Made by a program: the position numbers and the translations under genes. Shown in pieces: positions 52,750-64,000 of a DNA stretch of 64,000 nt. Position 1 is the stretch's first letter. The number at the start of each line of letters is the position of its first letter. Origin of the DNA: Eledone cirrhosa (lineage: Eukaryota); the NCBI GenBank assembly GCA_964016885.1, contig OZ024743.1, positions 337,962,001 to 338,026,000 of the forward strand, written 5' to 3'. The notes below the pieces were generated by a model, which saw only the letters and a program-made list of their open reading frames with translations, had not been told where the DNA came from and did not search any database.

Positions 52750-55700
52750 TTTAGCATGCAGTCTATCTACCTGGTCTTTTACACTTCAGCATGCGGTCTA
52801 TCTACCTGGTCTTTTACACTTTAGCATGCCGTCTATCTAGCTGGTCTTCACCACTTGAGCAGGCGGTCTATCTACTTTGTCTTTTACCCTTTAACATGCA
52901 GTCTATCTACCTGGTCTATTACACTTTAGCATGCAGTCTATCTACCTGGTCTTATACACTTTAGCATGCGGTCTATTCCGCTGGTCTTTTACACTTTAGC
53001 ATGCGGTCTATCTACCTGGTCTATTACACTTTAGCATGCGGTCTATCTACCTGGTCTTTTACACTTTAGCATGCAGTCTATCTACCTGGTCATTTACACT
53101 TTAGCATGCGGTCTATCTACCTGGTCTTTTAAAATTTAGCTTACTTTCTATCTACCTGGTCTTTTACACTTTAGCATGCAGTCTATCTACCGAGTCTTTT
53201 ACACTTTAGCATGCGGTCTATCTACCTGGTCTTTTACACTTTAGCATGCAGTCTATCTACCTGGTCTTTTTACACTTTAACATGCAGTCTATCTACCTGG
53301 TCTTTGACACTTTAGCATGCAGTATATCTACCTGGTCTTTTTACACTTTAGCATGCAGTCTATCTACCTGGTCTTTTTACACTTTAGCATGCGGTCCATA
53401 TATCTGGTCTTTTCCACTTTAGCATGCGGTCTATCTACCTGGTCTTTTACACTTTAGCACGCGGTCTATCTACTTTTTTTTTTTACACTTGAGCATGCAG
53501 TCTATCTACCTTGTCTTTTGCACTTTAGCATGCGGTCTATCTACCTGGTCTTTTACACTTTAGCATGCGGTCTGTCTACCTGGTCTTTTACACTTTAGCA
53601 GGCGGTCTATTTACCTGGTCTTTTACACTGCAGCATGTGGTTTATCTACCTGGTCTATTACACTTCAGCATGCAGTCTATCTACCTGGTCTTTTACACTT
53701 TATCATGCGGTGTATCCCGTTGGTCTTTTACACTTTAGCATGCGGTCTATCTACCTGGTCTTTTACACTTTAGCATGCACACTATCTACCTGGTCTTTTT
53801 ACACTTTAGCATGCAGTCGATCTACCTGGTCTTTTACACTTTAGCATGCAGTCTATCTACTCTGTCTTTTTACACTTTAGCATGCAGTCTATCTACCTGG
53901 TCTTTTTAAACTTTAGCATGCGCTCCATATATCTGGTCTTTTAAACTTTAGCATGCGGTCTATCTACCTGGTCTTTTACATCTTACCATGCGGTCTATCT
54001 ACCTGGTCTTTTTACACTTGAGCATGCAGTCTATCTACCTGGTCTTTTACACTTTAGCATGCGGTCGATCTACCTGGTCTTTTACACTTTAGCAGGCGTT
54101 CTATCTACCTTGTCTTGTACCCTTTAACATGCAGTCTCTCTACCTGGTCTTTTACACTTTAGCATGCAGTCTATCTACCTGGTGTTTTACAGTTTAGCAT
54201 GCGGTCTATCTACCTGGTCTTTTACACTGCAGCCTGTGGTTTATCTACCTGGTCTATTACACTTTAGCATGCAGTCTATCTACCTGGTCTTTTTACACTT
54301 TAGCATGCAGTCTATCTAGCTGGTCTTTTTACACTTTAGCATGCGGTCTATCTACCTGGTCTTTTTACACTTTAGCATGCGGTCTATCTACCTGGTCCTT
54401 TTACACTGTGGCATGCTTTACATCTACATGGTCTTTTACATTTTAGCATGCGGTCTATCTACCTGGTCTTTTACACTTTAGCATGCGGTCTATCTATCTG
54501 GTCTTTTACACTTTAGCATGCTTTCTAACTACCTGTTCTTTTACAGTTTACCATGCAATCTATCTACCTGGTCTTTTACACTTTAGCATGCTGTCTATCT
54601 ACCCTTTCTTTTACACTTTAGCATGCGATCTATCTACCTGGTCTTCTACACTTTAGCATGCAGTCTATCTACCTGGTCTTTTACACTTTAGCAGGCGGTC
54701 TATCTACCTGGTCCTTTACACTTTAGCATGCAGTCTATTTACCTGGTCATTTACACTTTAGCATGCTTTCTATCTACCTGGTCTTTTATACATTAGCATG
54801 CAGTCTATCTACCTGGTCTTTTACAATTTAGCATACTTTCTATCTACCTGGTCTTTTACACTTTAGCATGCAGTCTATCTACCTGGTCTATTACACTTTA
54901 GCATGCAGTCTATCTACCTGGTCTTTTTACGCTTTAGCATGCAGTCTATCTAGCTGGTCTTTTTACAATTTAGCATGCTTTCTATCTACCTGGTCTTTCA
55001 CACTTTAATATGCGGTCTATCTACCTGGTCCTTTTACACTGTAGCATGCTTTACATCTACATGGTCTTTTACACTTTAGCATGGGTCTCTCTACCTGGTC
55101 TTTCACACTTTAGTATGCAGTCTATATTCCTGGTCTTTTACACTTTAGCATGCGGTCTATCTACCTGGTCTTTTACACTTTAGCATGCGGTCTATCTATC
55201 TGGTCTTTTACACTTTAGCATGCTTTCTAACTACCTGTTCTTTTACACTTTAGCATGCAATCTATCTACCTGGTCTTTTACACTTTAGCATGCAGTCTAT
55301 CTACCTGGTCTTTTACACTTTAGCAGGCGGTCTATCTACCTGGTCCTTTACACTTTAGCATGCAGTCTATTTACCTGGTCATTTACACTTTAGCATGCTT
55401 TCTATCTACCTGGTCTTTTACACATTAGCATGCAGTCTATCTACCTGGTCTTTTACAATTTAGCATACTTTCTATCTACCTGGTCTTTTACACTTTAGCA
55501 TGCAGTCTATCTACCTGGTCTTTTACACTTTAGCATGCGGTCTATCTACCTGGTCTTTTACACTTTAGCATGCGGTCTATTTACCTGGTCTTTTACACTT
55601 TAGCATACAGTCTATGTACCAGTTCTTTTACACTTTAGCATGCAGTCTATTAACCTGATCTTTTACACTTTAGCAAGCGGTCTATCTACCTTGTCTTTTA

Positions 55701-58700
55701 CACTTTCACATGCATTCTATCTACCTCGTCTTTTACACTTTAGCATGCGGTCAATCTACATGGTCTTTTATATTTTAGCATGCGGTCTATCTACCTGGTC
55801 TTTTACACTTTAGCATGCGGTCTATCTACCTGGTCTTTTACACTTTAGCATGCTTTCTATCTACCTGTTCTTTTACACTTTAGCATGCAATCTATCTACC
55901 TGGTCTTTTACACTTTAGCATGCTTTCTATCTACCTGGTCTTTTACACTTTAGCATGCTGTCTATCTACCTTTTCTTTTACACTTTAGCATGCGGTCTAT
56001 CTACCTGGTCTTCTACACTTTAGCATGCAGTCTATCTACCTGGTCTTTTACACTTTAGCAGGCGGTCTATCTACCTGGTCCTTTACACTTTAGCATGCAG
56101 TCTATTTACCTGGTCATTTACACTTTAGCATGCTTTCTATCTACCTGGTCTTTTACACATTAGCATGCAGTCTATCTACCTGGTCTTTTACAATTTAGCA
56201 TACTTTCTATCTACCTGGTCTTTTACACTTTAGCATGCAGTCTATCTACCTGGTCTTTTACACTTTAGCATGCGGTCTATCTACCTGGTCTTTTACACTT
56301 TAGCATGCGGTCTATTTACCGGGTCTTTTACACTTTAGCATACAGTCTAAGTACCAGTTCTTTTACACTTTAGCATGCAGTCTATTAACCTGATCTTTTA
56401 CACTTTAGCAAGCGGTCTATCTACCTTGTCTTTTACACTTTAACATGCATTCTATCTACCTCGTCTTTTACACTTTAGCATGCGGCCAATCTACATGGTC
56501 TTTTATATTTTAGCATGCGGTCTATCTACCTGGTCTTTTACACTTTAGCATGCGGTCTATCTACCTGGTCTTTTACACTTTAGCATGCTTTCTATCTACC
56601 TGTTCTTTTACACTTTAGCATGCAATCTATCTACCTGGTCTTTTACACTTTAGCATGCTTTCTATCTACCTGGTCTTTTACACTTTAGCATGCTGTCTAT
56701 CTACCTTTTCTTTTACACTTTAGCATGCGGTCTATCTACCTGGTCTTCTACTCTTTAGCATGCAGTCTATCTACCTGGTCTTTTACACGTTAGCATGCGG
56801 TCTATCTATCTGGTCCTTTACACTTTAGCATGCTTTCTATCTACCTGGTCATTTACACTTTAGCATGCCTTCTATCTACCTGGTCTTTTACAATTTAGCA
56901 TGCTTTCTATCTACCTGGTCTTTTACACTTTAGCATGCTTTCTATCTACCTGGTCTTTCACACTTTAATATGCGGTCTATCTACCTTTTCTTTTACACTT
57001 TAGCATGCGGTCTATCTAAGTTTTTTTTACACTTCAGCATGCAGTCTATCTACCTGGTCTTTTACACTTTAGCATGCGGTCTATCTACCTGGTCTTTTAC
57101 ACTTTAGCATGCCGTCTATCTAGCTGGTCTTCACCACTTGAGCAGGCGGTCTATCTACCTTGTCTTTTACCCTTTAACATGCAGTCTATCTACCTGGTCT
57201 ATTACACTTTAGCATGCAGTCTATCTACCTGGTCTTATACACTTTAGTATGCGGTCTATCCCGCTGGTCTTTTACACTTTAGCATGCGGTCTATCTACCT
57301 GGTCTATTACACTTTAGCATGCGGTCTATCTACCTGGTCTTTTACACTTTAGCATGCAGTCTATCTACCTGGTCATTTACACTTTAGCATGCGGTGTATC
57401 TACCTGGTCTTTTAAAATTTAGCTTACTTTCTATCTACCTGGTCTTTTACACTTTAGCATGCAGTCTATCTACCGAGTCTTTTACACTTTAGCATGCGGT
57501 CTATCTACCTGGTCTTTTACACTTTAGCATGCGCTCTATCTCGCTGGTCTTTTACACTTTAGCATGCGGTCTATCTACCTGGTCTTTTACACTTTAGCAT
57601 GCAGTCTATCTACCTGGTCTTTTTACACTTTAACATGCAGTCTATCTACCTGGTCTTTGACACTTTAGCATGCAGTATATCTACCTGGTCTTTTTACACT
57701 TTAGCATGCAGTCTATCTACCTGGTCTTTTTACACTTTAGCATGCGGTCCATATATCTGGTCTTTTCCACTTTAGCATGCGGTCTATCTACCTGGTCTTT
57801 TACACTTTAGCACGCGGTCTATCTACTTTTTTTTTTACACTTGAGCATGCAGTCTATCTACCTTGTCTTTTGCACTTTAGCATGCGGTCTATCTACCTGG
57901 TCTTTTACACTTTAGCATGCGGTCTGTGTACCTGGTCTTTTACACTTTAGCAGGCGGTCTATCTACCTGGTCTTTTACACTGCAGCATGTGGTTTATCTA
58001 CCTGGTCTATTACACTTCAGCATGCAGTCTATCTACCTGGTCTTTTACACTTTATCATGCGGTGTATCCCGTTGGTCTTTTACACTTTAGCATGCGGTCT
58101 ATCTACCTGGTCTTTTACACTTTAGCATGCACACTATCTACCTGGTCTTTTTACACTTTAGCATGCAGTCGATCTACCTGGTCTTTTACACTTTAGCATG
58201 CAGTCTATCTACTCTGTCTTTTTACACTTTAGCATGCAGTCTATCTACCTGGTCTTTTTACACTTTAGCATGCAGTCTATCTAGCTGGTCTTTTTACACT
58301 TTAGCATGCGGTCTATCTACCTGGTCTTTTTACACTTTAGCATGCAGTCTATCTACCTGGTCTTTTACACTTTAGCATGCGGTCTATCTACCTGGTCCTT
58401 TTACACTGTGGCATGCTTTACATCTACATGGTCTTTTACATTTTAGCATGCGGTCTATCTACCTGGTCTTTTACACTTTAGCATGCGGTCTATCTATCTG
58501 GTCTTTTACACTTTAGCATGCTTTCTAACTACCTGTTCTTTTACAGTTTAGCATGCAATCTATCTACCTGGTCTTTTACACTTTAGCATGCTGTCTATCT
58601 ACCCTTTCTTTTACACTTTAGCATGCGGTCTATCTACCTGGTCTTCTACACTTTAGCATGCAGTCTATCTACCTGGTCTTTTACACTTTAGCAGGCGGTC

Positions 58701-61100
58701 TATCTACCTGGTCCTTTACACTTTAGCATGCAGTCTATTTACCTGGTCATTTACACTTTAGCATGCTTTCTATCTACCTGGTCTTTTACACATTAGCATG
58801 CAGTCTATCTACCTGGTCTTTTACAATTTAGCATACTTTCTATCTACCTGGTCTTTTACACTTTAGCATGCAGTCTATCTACCTGGTCTATTACACTTTA
58901 GCATGCAGTCTATCTACCTGGTCTTTTTACGCTTTAGCATGCAGTCTATCTAGCTGGTCTTTTTACAATTTAGCATGCTTTCTATCTACCTGGTCTTTCA
59001 CACTTAAATATGCGGTCTATCTACCTGGTCCTTTTACACTGTAGCATGCTTTACATCTACATGGTCTTTTACACTTTAGCATGGGTCTCTCTACCTGGTC
59101 TTTCACACTTTAGTATGCAGTCTATCTTCCTGGTCTTTTACACTTTAGCATGCGGTCTATCTACCTGGTCCTTTTACACTGTGGCATGCTTTACATCTAC
59201 ATGGTCTTTTACATTTTAGCATGCGGTCTATCTACCTGGTCTTTTACACTTTAGCATGCGGTCTATCTATCTGGTCTTTTACACTTTAGCATGCTTTCTA
59301 ACTACCTGTTCTTTTACACTTTAGCATGCAATCTATCTACCTGGTCTTTTACACTTTAGCATGCTGTCTATCTACCCTTTCTTTTACACTTTAGCATGCG
59401 GTCTATCTACCTGGTCTTCTACACTTTAGCATGCAGTCTATCTACCTGGTCTTTTACACTTTAGCAGGCGGTCTATCTACCTGGTCCTTTACACTTTAGC
59501 ATGCAGTCTATTTACCTGGTCATTTACACTTTAGCATGCTTTCTCTCTACCTGGTCTTTTACACATTAGCATGCAGTCTATCTACCTGGTCTTTTACAAT
59601 TTAGCATACTTTCTATCTACCTGGTCTTTTACACTTTAGCATGCGGTCTATCTACCTGGTCTTTTACACTTTAGCATGCGGTCTATTTACCTGGTCTTTT
59701 ACACTTTAGCATACAGTCTATGTACCAGTTCTTTTACACTTTAGCATGCAGTCTATTAACCTGATCTTTTACACTTTAGCAAGCGGTCTATCTACCTTGT
59801 CTTTTACACTTTCACATGCATTCTATCTACCTCGTCTTTTACACTTTAGCATGCGGTCAATCTACATGGTCTTTTATATTTTAGCATGCGGTCTATCTAC
59901 CTGGTCTTTTACACTTTAGCATGCGGTCTATCTACCTGGTCTTTTACACTTTAGCATGCTTTCTATCTACCTGTTCTTTTACACTTTAGCATGCAATCTA
60001 TCTACCTGGTCTTTTACACTTTAGCATGCTTTCTATCTACCTGGTCTTTTACACTTTAGCATGCTGTCTATCTACCTTTTCTTTTACACTTTAGCATGCG
60101 GTCTATCTACCTGGTCTTCTACACTTTAGCATGCAGTCTATCTACCTGGTCTTTTACACTTTAGCAGGCGGTCTATCTACCTGGTCCTTTACACTTTAGC
60201 ATGCAGTCTATTTACCTGGTCATTTACACTTTAGCATGCTTTCTATCTACCTGGTCTTTTACACATTAGCATGCAGTCTATCTACCTGGTCTTTTACAAT
60301 TTAGCATACTTTCTATCTACCTGGTCTTTTACACTTTAGCATGCAGTCTATCTACCTGGTCTTTTACACTTTAGCATGCGGTCTATCTACCTGGTCTTTT
60401 ACACTTTAGCATGCGGTCTATTTACCGGGTCTTTTACACTTTAGCATACAGTCTAAGTACCAGTTCTTTTACACTTTAGCATGCAGTCTATTAACCTGAT
60501 CTTTTACACTTTAGCAAGCGGTCTATCTACCTTGTCTTTTACACTTTAACATGCATTCTATCTACCTCGTCTTTTACACTTTAGCATGCGGTCACTCTAC
60601 ATGGTCTTTTATATTTTAGCATGCGGTCTATCTACCTGGTCTTTTACACTTTAGCATGCGGTCTATCTACCTGGTCTTTTACACTTTAGCATGCTGTCTA
60701 TCTACCTTTTCTTTTACACTTTAGCATGCGGTCTATCTACCTGGTCTTCTACTCTTTAGCATGCAGTCTATCTACCTGGTCTTTTACACGTTAGCATGCG
60801 GTCTATCTATCTGGTCCTTTACACTTTAGCATGCTTTCTATCTACCTGGTCATTTACACTTTAGCATGCCTTCTATCTACCTGGTCTTTTACAATTTAGC
60901 ATGCTTTCTATCTACCTGGTCTTTTACACTTTAGCTTGCTTTCTATCTACCTGGTCTTTCACACTTTAATATGCGGTCTATCTACCTTTTCTTTTACACT
61001 TTAGCATGCGGTCTATCTAAGTTTTTTTTACACTTCAGCATGCAGTCTATCTACCTGGTCTTTTACACTTTAGCATGCGGTCTATCTACCTGGTCTTTTA
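52750..61100 (+). repeat. About 4.0-4.35-kb tandem duplication with internal 735-bp (21-monomer) units
   Basis: Pseudo-ORF at 53635/57987 (4352). Poly-T monomer at about 53474/57827; CATACAG at 55604/59710; CTAAGTTTT at 57016/61017. Internal period 55604/56339 and 59710/60445 = 735. Confidence 0.85.
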
Positions 61101-64000
61101 CACTTTAGCATGCTTTCTATCTACCTGGTCTTTTACACTTTAGCATGCAGTCAATCTACCTGGTTATTTACACTTTAGCATGCGTCTATCTTCCTGGTCT
61201 TTTCCAATTTAGCATACTTTCTATCTACCTGGTCTTTTACACTTTAGCATGCAGTCTATCTACCTGGTCTTTTACAATTTAGCATGCGGTCTTTCTACCT
61301 GGTCTTTTACACTTTAGCATGCGGTCTATTTACCTGGTCTTTTACACTTTAGCATACAGTCTATGTACCAGGTCTTTTACACTTTATCATGCAGTCTATT
61401 TACCTGGTCTTTTACACTTTATCATGCGGTCTATCTACCTGGTCTTTTACACTTTAGCAGGCAGTCTAACTACCTGGTCTTTTACACTTTAGCATGCGTT
61501 CTATCTACCTGGTCTTTTACACTTTAGCATGCGAGCTATCTACCTGGTCTTTTACACTTTAACATGCGGTGTATCTACCTGGTCTTTTACACCGTAGCAT
61601 GCTTTATTTCTACCTGGTCTTTTACACTTTAGCATGGGTCTCTCTACCTGGTCTTTCACACTTTAGCATGCGGTCTATCTACCTGGTCTTTTACACTTTA
61701 GCATGCGGTCTATCTACCTGGTCCTTTTACACTTTAGCATGCTTTCTATCTACCTGGTCTTTTACACTTTAGCATGCTGTCTATCTACCTATTCTTTTAC
61801 ACTTTAGATTGCGGTCTATCTACCTGGTCTTTTACACTTTAGCATGCAGTCTATCTACCCGGTCTTTTACACTTTAGCATGCGGTCAATCTACCTGCTCT
61901 TTTACACTTTAGCATTCTTTCTATCTACCTGGTCATTTACACTTTAGCATGCTTTCTATCCACCTGGTCTTTTACACTTCAGCATGCAGTTTATCTACCT
62001 GGTCATTTACACTTTGGCTTGCAGTCTATCTACCTGCTCTCTTACACTGCGGCATGTGGTCTATCTACCTGGTCTTTTACACTGCAGCATGTGGTTTATC
62101 TACCTGGTCTATTACACTTTAGCATGCAATCTATCTACCTGGTCTTTTACACTTTAGCATGCGGTGTATCCCGCTGGTCTTTTACACTTTAGCATGCGGT
62201 CTATCTACCTGGTCTTTTACACTTTAGCATGCACACTATCTACCTGTTCTTTTTACTCTTTAGCATGCAGTCGATCTACCTGGTCTTTTACACTTTAGCA
62301 TGCAGTCTATCTACTCTGTCTTTTTACACTTTAGCATGCAGTCTATCTACCTGGTCTTTTTAAACTTTAGCATGCGGTCCATGTATCTGGTCTTTTCCAC
62401 TTTAGCAGGCGTTCTATCTACCTTGTCTTGTACCCTTTAACATGCAGTCTCTCTAGCTGGTCTTTTACACTTCAGCATGCAGTCTATCTACCTGGTCTTT
62501 TACAGTTTAGCATGCGGTCTATCTACCTGGTCTTTTACACTGCAGCCTGTGGTTTATCTACCTGGTCTATTACACTTCAGCATGCGGTCTATCTACCTGG
62601 TCTTTTACACTTTAGCATGCCTTCTATCTAGCTGGTCTTCTACACTTTAGCAGGCGGTCTATCTACCTTGTCTTTTACCCTTTAGCATGCAGTCTATCTA
62701 GCTGGTCTTTTTACACTTTAGCATGCGGTCTATCTACCTGGTCTTTTTACACTTTAGCATGCAGTCTATCTACCTGGTCTTTTACACTTCAGCATGCGGT
62801 CTATCTACCTGGTCTTTTACACTTTAGCATGCCTTCTATCTAGCTGGTCTTCTACACTTTAGCAGGCGGTCTATCTACCTTGTCTTTTACCCTTTAACAT
62901 GCAGTCTATCTACCTTGTCTATTACACTTTAGCATGCAGTCTAACTACCTGGTCTTTTACACTTTAGCATGCGGTCTATCCCGCTGGTCTTTTACACTTT
63001 AGCATGCGGTCTATCTACCTGGTCTTTGTCACTTTAACATGCTGTCTATCTACCTGGTCTTTTACACTTTAGCATGCGGTCTATCTACCTGGTCTTTTAC
63101 ACTTTAGCATGCGGTCTATCTACCTGTCTTTTACACTTTAGCATGCAGTCTCTCTACCTGGTCTTTTACACTTTAGCATGCGGTCTATCTACCTGGTCTT
63201 TTACACTGAGGCATGCGGTCTATCTACCTGGTCTTTTACACTTTAACATGTGGTCTATCAACCTGGTCTTTTACACTTTAGCATGCTGTCTATCTACCTT
63301 TTCTTTTACACTTTAGCATGCGGTCTATCTTCCTGGTCTTCTACACTTTAGCATGCAGTCTATCTACCTGGTCTTTTACACTTTAGCAGGCGGTCTATCT
63401 ACCTGGTCCTTTACACTTTAGCATGCTTTCTATCTACCTGGTCATTTACACTTTAGCATGCTTTCTATCTACCTGTTCTTTTACACTTTAGCATGCAATC
63501 TATCTACCTGGTCTTTTACACTTTAGCATGCTTTCTATCTACCTGGTCTTTTACACTTTAGCATGCTGTCTATCTACCTTTTCTTTTACACTTTAGCATG
63601 CGGTCTATCTTCCTGGTCTTCTACACTTTAGCATGCAGTCTATCTACCTGGTCTTTTACACTTTAGCAGGCGGTCTATCTACCTGGTCCTTTACACTTTA
63701 GCATGCTTTCTATCTACCTGGTCATTTACACTTTAGCATGCTTTCTATCTACCTGGTCTTTTACAATTTAGCATGCTTTCTATCTAGCTGGTCTTTTACA
63801 CTTTAGCATGCAGTGTATCTACCTGGTCTTTTACACTTTAGCATGCGGTCTATCTACCTGGTCTTTTACACTTTAGCATGCTTTCTATCTACCTTGTCTT
63901 TCACACTTTAGCATGCGGTCAATCTCCCTTTTCTTTTACACTTTAGCATGCGGTCTATCTACCTGGTCTTTTACACTTTAGCATTCAGTCTATCTACCTG

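Larger units (their letters stand above)
2674..64000 (+). repeat. 35-bp tandem satellite array, consensus CACTTTAGCATGCRGTCTATCTACCTGGTCTTTTA, about 1,750 monomers, runs off the right edge
   Basis: Continuous head-to-tail monomers in one orientation; 61,327 bp / 35 is about 1,750. Consensus has 15/35 G+C and a T-rich plus strand (14 T vs 6 A). Contains dyads GCATGC and ACCTGGT. Confidence 0.99.

Noticed and set aside
11883-63316. Dozens of 67-126 aa hydrophobic ORFs (MQSIYLVFYTL...) as a membrane peptide gene family
   Set aside because: They are translations of the 35-bp repeat cycling through three frames and appear wherever a variant removes the TAG. Frequent 1-bp indels show no frame constraint.
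2674-64000. CRISPR array (35-bp repeat length is CRISPR-like)
   Set aside because: Monomers are directly adjacent with no unique spacers, no leader and no cas genes, and the context is eukaryotic.
2674-64000. Nucleosome-length 5-mer (175 bp) periodicity or p53 half-site array
   Set aside because: No consistent 5-monomer variant periodicity was seen, and TAGCATGCGG deviates from RRRCWWGYYY at three positions.

Overview
Eukaryotic, non-genic DNA, probably from an octopus-type cephalopod (inferred from SINE and repeat recognition, not from a database search). Positions 1-2673 are an AT-rich patchwork of decayed interspersed repeats and microsatellites: a tRNA-derived SINE head, two RTE-clade LINE 3' fragments, a possible mariner-like end, (GA)n, (TA)n and (CA/TG)n tracts, and two fold-back structures. 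One fold-back (1921-2007) has the complete helix layout of a type I hammerhead ribozyme but lacks the CUGANGA box. From 2674 to the window end is one uninterrupted head-to-tail satellite of a 35-bp monomer (CACTTTAGCATGCGGTCTATCTACCTGGTCTTTTA, about 1,750 copies). The array has three variant-defined domains, nested higher-order duplications (about 0.42, 0.74, 2.45, 3.4, 4.0 and 6.5 kb), and one 6-monomer block apparently transplanted over about 25 kb. No credible intact protein-coding gene or CRISPR array is present; the listed ORFs are repeat artefacts.
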